DNA from: Blastocystis sp. subtype 4
Lineage: Eukaryota
Direction of reading: 5' to 3'
Assembly (NCBI RefSeq): GCF_000743755.1
Contig: NW_014569514.1
Span: 1-57,742, forward strand
Length of the DNA stretch: 57,742 bases
The translations under genes and the position numbers were made by a program. This document shows, piece after piece, positions 51,274 through 57,742 of the stretch. The first letter of the stretch is position 1. Each line of letters opens with the position of its first letter. The notes below the pieces were generated by a model. It had not been told where the DNA came from. It saw only the letters and a program-made list of their open reading frames with translations, and ran no database searches.

Positions 51274-51359
51274 TAGAATGAATGCAAGTGTTTGTTGGAA
51301 CTACTTTGGAGACCGAAACCCCGTTTTCGCTATGTTCTTATATTCTCTCCAATTATCAA

Positions 51360-51752
51360 ATGTTTGCTGTTAAGAAGTTGATTACCCCTCTTAAAACGGT
51401 AGCTAGGATAGGAAAAATGAATATTTCCAGCACAAGTGCCTTGTTTGAGAAGTTCAATATTCTGGTTCCTCCTATGGGGGAATCAATCAAAAACGGTATA
51501 TATAACCAATTAGAATGATCTTTAGGCACTTTAGTGCAATGGGAAAAACAACCTGGGGAGTTTGTCGATGTAGATGATGTTGTAGCAGTTGTTGAAACCG
51601 ACAAAGTACCGAAAATTCGTGAGATTGACCATTAGGTGAGTATGGATGTTCGTTGTGATAAGGCTGGTTATCTCGTGAAGCAATTAGCAAAGCCTGACGA
51701 TACAGTAAATGTTGGCGCAGTGATTGCAGAAATGAACACTGAGAAGTGTTAA
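51360..51752 (+). CDS. Stand-alone lipoyl-domain protein (~110 aa; E2o/DLST-like domain) with a mitochondrial presequence
   Basis: VPPMGESIKNG/TLVQWEKQPGEFVDVDDVVAVVETDK/VSMDVRCDKAGYL...DTVNVGAVIAEM; introns 51496-51525 and 51606-51635; TAA followed by TGTTTGTT at 51756. Confidence 0.88.
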
Positions 51753-51860
51753 TCGTGTTTGTTACAAAGAAGCGAACTATGAATGGAACATCCGAATGTA
51801 CATAAATCGCCTAATAAATTCCACACCACTCTTACACAAGCCAAGACCCATAACTAGAGA

Positions 51861-54197
51861 TTAGACATGAACAAGAGAACTACCTATCAAAATGGCACAA
51901 AGCACAACAATCACATAGAAAATTAGTGAGCTATTCCACAGATTTGTCGTTGTATCCTGTAACAACTCATCTCCATTATACATCAAACAGCGAATCAATC
52001 TTTGATCCTGCTGGAGTTCAAGATAATCTTCATTCGGTGTAGTTAACTCCTCCTTTCCAAACTTCGAGTTTTCTGACCACAAATACCGTCTAAAATATGA
52101 GTACACCAAGGAACACTCAGTGCCCGCAGCACACAATTCACGATCCTTAAGCATACTATCCTGAAGATGGGCTATTGTGTCTTCTTTCTGATGTCCCTCC
52201 ACCTCACAGTGATGAAGTGTCTCTTCTATAGAAATTCTGTTCTTTTTCTCTAGAAGGATCTCCTCCTGCAGTTTGTTAATCTCTTTGTCCTTATCCATAA
52301 GCAGCGATTCGCTCTCTCTCTTCATTCTCTCCATCATTTCCTCCATCTCTCTCTGCTTCAATACGATTTCTTCATCCTTCTGTTGTAACAAAAGAGTCTG
52401 TGATTTCAACTCATTTTCAGCCACATCCAGAGAGTGCTCGAGACGACGTACCTCTAACTCCTGCTCCGAGAATGAGTTACGACACTCATGAAGCTTCTTC
52501 TCCAATGATTCTGTGATACTGATCTGATGTTGAGTTTGACGAAGCTGGGTTTCAAGAACTGACTGTTGGTTAAGAAGCGATTGAGAGTAGAGTTTCTCTT
52601 GTTCCAATTGATGGACTAATGAAATTCTTTCTCCTTGGAGCGACTCCATCTCACTTTTTTGGAAGGCAAGCGTATTGTGTAGATGGTCCAATTGAATATG
52701 GAGATCTGTTGTATTCTCACACTCAATGTTGGGACAACTAATATCAGGACACTCAACAGAAGGACACTCAACAGAAGGACACTCAACAGAAGGACAATCC
52801 ACAACAGGACAATTGATTGGAGGACATGTACACTTAGGACACTCCACAATAGGACAATTGATTGGAGGACATTCAATCGAAGGGCAATTACAGTCTGGAC
52901 ATTCTATGACAGGTGTCACAATAGGAGGTGGTGATGAACGAGAATGGAAGAAGGTGATGAACGAGTCCCACACTCTCAATAAATGATGCTTGATCTTCCA
53001 ACCAGTTTCACTGATCCATTCTCGGATTCGATAGCCTGTGCTTGCTGTCGGCTGACACTGACACTGAGGATTGAGATCCGAACGTTCTGATGATTGGAAG
53101 AATGCGATAAGAATGAAAATATTGAAACAGACTAAGGCGATCCCAAGTAGAATTAGAAGGATATGAAGGAACTTCTAGAAGTAAAAGAAGGAATAGAAGG
53201 AGACTTGAATACGAGGAGAAGACTTAAGATAATTCATGAGAGAAGAGAAGGAGTATGATGAAATTGAATGAGACTGGGGTGGTCTATGCGACTTCATAGA
53301 AACAGAAGATGAAGGAACTGAAGGTTTCGGAGGCTCTGGAGGAGAAGATACAGAAGTGACAGGAGGAACAGGAGCTGGAGTAACTGATGGAGAAGTCACA
53401 TTAGTGGATTCATTCACACTCCTTTCAATAGTAGAAGAAGATGGGGTATTAATCAATGCTAACTTCTCAGAGAGAATCATAGAAGCATCATTGTAGAGAC
53501 CAATTACATCGGGATCGAGTCGTTTAAATGCAAAAAGGGATTTTAAAACAACCAACAGCCTTGAAATAGCCTGAAGATTGCTAATATCGGAGATGTTCTT
53601 CTGAATCACCTGATATGTGCATTTGATCACAAAGGATAATGTATGTTCATCTAGAAGGTTACATAAATAGAATAAACGAACCATTCACATTATGACTCAT
53701 CAAGGAATAAAGGAACATGCGAACCTCAGTAGTATCAGAAGAATTTTTGACAAATTGAATCACCGAACTCTCAATTAAATCTTGAAAATCCTAGACTCAA
53801 CGATCTCAATCAAGCATACTAGCGAGTGAGTATAGAATTGGATTAAAACAGAAGAAATCTTCACGAAAAAGACAGAAGAATGATCTTTGAGAGAAGATGC
53901 CATAATTGAAACTAAACGCATATCCTCTCTCATCAAATCGGCATCAGAATGTTGTACATCCATCTCCATCATCATCTACTCAGTATTCACCGAATGCCAT
54001 CCATACAGCAATGTCTCCATAGACTCCTTCAATCAATTTCCAATCTGTTAAATCATTGATCTGTTGAAGATTATCTTGAAGTGAAGTAATGGCAGTTTCA
54101 CGATTTGTTGCAGTCGTTGTCTCAACAATCGCTTGCAGACAATTAGCAATCTAACCAATTTAAGGGAAATAGAGCTCATTACCCTCTTTTCAGTCAT
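51861..54197 (-). CDS. Hypothetical membrane protein: helical N-terminus, Pro/Ser linker, TM, Cys-Pro repeats, long coiled coil, C-terminal TM
   Basis: ORFs 53775-53975, 53175-53684 and 51861-52979 plus a TM exon LLILLGIALVCFNIFILIAFF; separated by ~30-nt introns. Confidence 0.65.
52713..52907 (-). repeat. 13 tandem 15-nt units encoding xxCPx pentapeptides
   Basis: IECPD CNCPS IECPP INCPI VECPK CTCPP INCPV VDCPS VECPS VECPS VECPD ISCPN IECEN. Confidence 0.92.
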
Positions 54198-54590
54198 TCT
54201 TTGGGTTTTCAACCTATTATTGGGTGGCGCAATTGTTCCCTATTATCTGTTGTGTTGTAGATCTATGTTTTGATAGGTAAATTGAAATAGCTAGCATAAG
54301 TTTAGCACCTCAGAAGAAAAGAATTGAAATGGTATCTTTGAACATCTTATATCAATAAAAGCGTTAGCAGCATTGCAACCATGATTGCAGCAAACTATAC
54401 TATATATTTTGAATAATAGTATATATGGGACACCACATGTAGTGGAAAGAGAAAGAAATGTCCTTAATATATAATAACACCTTATTATTGTATTTTACGC
54501 TCTATAAAATAAACTATTAGGAGCCCTACTATCCTTCCACCTTTCCCTATTTCCCCTTTTCATCTGACTCATATTTCTTTATAACTGACA

Positions 54591-55912
54591 ATGCTTGCTA
54601 GTACGTTACAATATTCCTTTAGATAATTGTTGTAGAGGCTGCTCGTGCTCTTAAGCCTACTTTCATTCGTTCCTTTGCTACCAGCCGCTGGGCTGCTGTA
54701 AGTGTCTTAATTCATCATATAATGAGATAGGTGGCTCAGGCTCCTCCAGATGCCATTCTTGGACTGAATGAACAGTTCAAGGCTGATAAGGATCCTCGTA
54801 AGATCTCTCTCGGAGTGGGTGCTTACCGTGATGACAACGGAAAGCCCGTGATTCTCCCCTGCGTTGCTGAGGCTGAGAGACGTATTGCTGGAAAGAGTGA
54901 TCACGAGTATCCTCCTATTCAGGGTCTTCCTGATTTCAACCGTCTTGCTGCTGAGTTCGTCTATGGAGCCGATAGTCCTGCTATTAAGGAAGATCGTATT
55001 GCTGTGTGCCAGGCTCTGTCCGGAACTGGTTCTCTGCGTCTGATTGGAGATTTCCTGAAGAACGTGAAGGGTTATGAGCGTGTTTACATTCCTAATCCCA
55101 CTTGGCCCAACCACTTCGGTGTGTTCAATGCTGCTGGAATTCCCAATGTGAAGTACACTTATCTGGATGCCAACAACAGATTGAACTTTGACGGTATTCT
55201 GAACGAGATTAAGAATGCTCCTGCTAAGTCTGCCTTCCTGTTCCATGCTTGCGCTCACAACCCTACTGGCGTGGATCCCACCAAGGAGCAGTGGAAGCAG
55301 ATCAGCCAGGCTGTGAAGGCTGCTAACTGTGGTGTTATCTTTGATTGCGCTTATCAGGGATTCGCCTCTGGAGATATGGAGGGTGATGCCTTCGCCATTC
55401 GTCAGTTCGTTGCTGATGGACATCAGATCTGTTTGGCCCAGTCCTTCGCTAAGAACTTCGGTCTTTATGGAGAGCGTTGCGGAGCTGCTTCCGTTGTGTG
55501 CGCCTCCAAGGAGGAGAAGGAGCGTGTCCTGTCTCAGCTGAAGGTGGCTGCTCGTACTCTGTGGTCCAATCCTCCACTGTATGGAGCTCGTATTGTCCAG
55601 ACCGTTCTGGGTGATCCCAAGCTGAAGGCTCAGTGGTATGAGGAATGCGCTGGAATGGCTCATCGTATCATCTCGATGCGTCAGGCTCTGGTTGAGAACT
55701 TGAAGAAGGCTGGAAGCACTCGTGACTGGTCTCATATTACTAGCCAGATCGGTATGTTTGCTTATACTGGTCTGACCAAGGAGCAAGTCGAGAGATGCAT
55801 CAAGGAGTATCACATCTACTTGACCATGAACGGACGTATCTCCATTGCTGGACTTAACACTCACAACGTGGAGTACGTTGCTAAGGCTTTCCATGAGGTG
55901 ACCAAGAACTAA
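54591..55912 (+). CDS. GOT2: Aspartate aminotransferase, mitochondrial
   Basis: APPDAILG, LGVGAYRD, QALSGTGSLR, HACAHNPTGVDP, FDCAYQGFASG, QSFAKNFGLYGER, SNPP, QIGMF, GRIS; presequence exons from 54591. Confidence 0.96.
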
Positions 55913-56051
55913 GACTATTCGTAATATGTGGTATGTTTGTTCCAACAAACAGAAGAATCCTCTTTGGTTCCAAATAGAATGTGAATCAATGTGATGATTC
56001 GACTATCAGTTTGGATATGATTCATATGAAACAAGAATAATATAAGAAAAA

Positions 56052-56343
56052 GAATCAATCCACAGTCGATAACAACAATTCTAACAAGATGATAACAAAT
56101 GTCATGTAGACCCGTAATCCAAGTAACCAGAAAGGAGGTAGGTTTTCTGTGCTCTGTTGCCAGCCTCCAGCGGTCCCCCACTCATTAAGAATCAGGACTT
56201 CTCGAATTCCTAAGAGAAATCCTTATTCACCTTCCTAGTTATTTGGGCAAGTCATTGACTATTTCCTATCAAGCCTGAAAGACATGCTACCTTCCATAGA
56301 TCAGCTCCCACTTGGGTGACAAGTTGACGTGACTCAACCCAGC
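56052..56343 (-). ncRNA. Signal recognition particle RNA (7SL)
   Basis: ~292 nt; Alu-like 5' GCTGGGTTGAGTCACGTCAACTTGTCACCCAAGTGGG; helix-8-like GGAGGCTGGCAACAGAGCA; 3' end pairs with the post-Alu segment; T5 Pol III terminator at 56047-56051. Confidence 0.82.
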
Positions 56344-56522
56344 ATATTATTTTCTAATTCATTTTTATTTAAGAATCCTCTATTTTTATTCATTTTTTTA
56401 TTATGGGTATTTATTCTTATTTCATTTTCTATTTTCATTTATTTATTGAATTCTATTTCGTTTCATAGATGATATGAGGTCGATAGAAGTACCAAGAAAC
56501 ACACAATTAGTACAATCGCAGA

Positions 56523-57496
56523 TTACCATTTCTTTCCTTCCTTTTCCACCATAAATTGAAGAGTTCGCTTCACACTACTCAATTCTTGTTCCATAATAGG
56601 TACAAAGTATGGATTTTGTCGGTAAGCATCATCTAGCAAGGAGAACAACACAGAACGATAGTCTCGATCATCTGAGTGTGAGAATAAAAATCAGTTCCTA
56701 CCTCCTACAGACTGGAGATATTTCTGCAGAGCAAGTAGGGGTGATGTCGCCTATCCATGGATTCCATATTTCATTTCTACCTTTGCACTCTCCTTCTTTG
56801 GTGATACTGTAGGCTTTGTCGACAAAGAAGGACGATGCTCTGTAGGCTTAGTGGCAATTGGTTCAGCAATATTGAGAATATCCTCTACAATAAAGAGAGC
56901 AACGAATACTCACCCTTCATAATACGATATTTGTCTTCCAAAAAGGCTGCATTCATTGCTGCTGAAGGAGCAAGAAGTCGCTCCAGACCCGAGAGTTGTG
57001 ACGCAGATTTCTCTGCCGGTTCTATAGAGCTCGGTTTTGTTAGCACTGTTGCATTCTCAATAGATTTCTGATTTACTTTCAAAATAGATTTGTCATCAAC
57101 TTTTCCATGCATAATTCCACGCGCCCAAGCAGGAGAAAAGAAATACAACTTAGGGTCCAATTTATGTTCCAAAACGACTTTCTGAGCCAACTCAATGACC
57201 AATGATTCCGATACAGTCTTATGACTTGCTTCAGCTTCCTCAATCTTGCACATAGTTTCCGCTGATATAGAAATGTCTTGCTTTTTGCCTTTCATATTAT
57301 ATGGAAGACCACTCATAATTGCCTGACGATTATTCCAAATGGTCCCCACAGTTGTTTGGGAAATGACCTTTTTGGACTGCTTGTAGTACGCCTCAGCAAC
57401 CTCATTCAATGTAAAAGTTGGATTATCTTCTTTGATCTTAATTACCTTTTTCTTCTCTTCCAATGAAAGGACCGTTCGAGTTCGTTTCTGCGGCAT
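56523..57496 (-). CDS. CENP-B/pogo-type helix-turn-helix DNA-binding protein lacking a DDE domain
   Basis: KRTRTVLSLEEKKKVI...ISQTTVGTIWNNR (CENP-B N/psq HTH); VSESLVIELAQKV...FFSPAW (Tc5-like HTH); three short introns lead to a stop at 56523-56525. Confidence 0.7.
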
Positions 57497-57742
57497 AGAA
57501 GGGAAGAGAATGGAAGAAAAACAATTGCTAGTGAATCCAATACTGGTTTGGTAGAATGAATGATAGTACTATGTTTTTAGTAGAAGTTGGACTGTACCTA
57601 TTTGCATATTATTTTGAAATCAGATAACCATCTCAAGCCTTTTGTACTTCTATCGACCTCATATCATCTATGAAACGAAATAGAATTCAATAAATAAATG
57701 AAAATAGAAAATGAAATAAGAATAAATACCCATAATAAAAAA

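Noticed and set aside
54707..55948. 413-aa minus-strand ORF
   Set aside because: Antisense shadow of the codon-biased GOT2 gene.
1..57742. Fragmented ORFs as pseudogenes or an alternative genetic code
   Set aside because: The breaks I traced are explained by ~30-nt spliceosomal introns under the standard code.

Overview
Gene-dense, intron-rich eukaryotic DNA, almost certainly the gut stramenopile Blastocystis. This is an inference from the ~30-nt GT-AG introns, the very short intergenic spacers, a TGTTTGTT motif at most gene 3' ends, and mitochondrion-related-organelle (MRO) enzymes. The window holds about 25 protein genes, a tRNA-Ile(AAT) and an SRP (7SL) RNA gene. Recognisable genes are SCS-beta, PSMB4, RIC1, FIG4, UPF1, a LamG-GH47 mannosidase, a fucosyltransferase-like protein, a GNAT, a PDI-like protein, RNase Z, La, GSIII, a GT49, Der, a CDK, MTR3, MRE11, GOT2 and a CENP-B-like protein. 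Highlights: (1) several genes appear to get their stop codon only from polyadenylation at a T five bases before TGTTTGTT, including two convergent genes sharing one palindromic TGTTTGTTAACAAACA; (2) a 39-nt AT-AC minor-spliceosome intron; (3) a ~4,000-aa secreted bacterial-Ig-repeat protein and a small neighbour share an identically spaced six-cysteine C-terminal module, a candidate surface-coat family; (4) a stand-alone MRO-targeted lipoyl domain; (5) a recurring promoter motif CGGGARTT. Exon boundaries were inferred by eye and some start codons are approximate.
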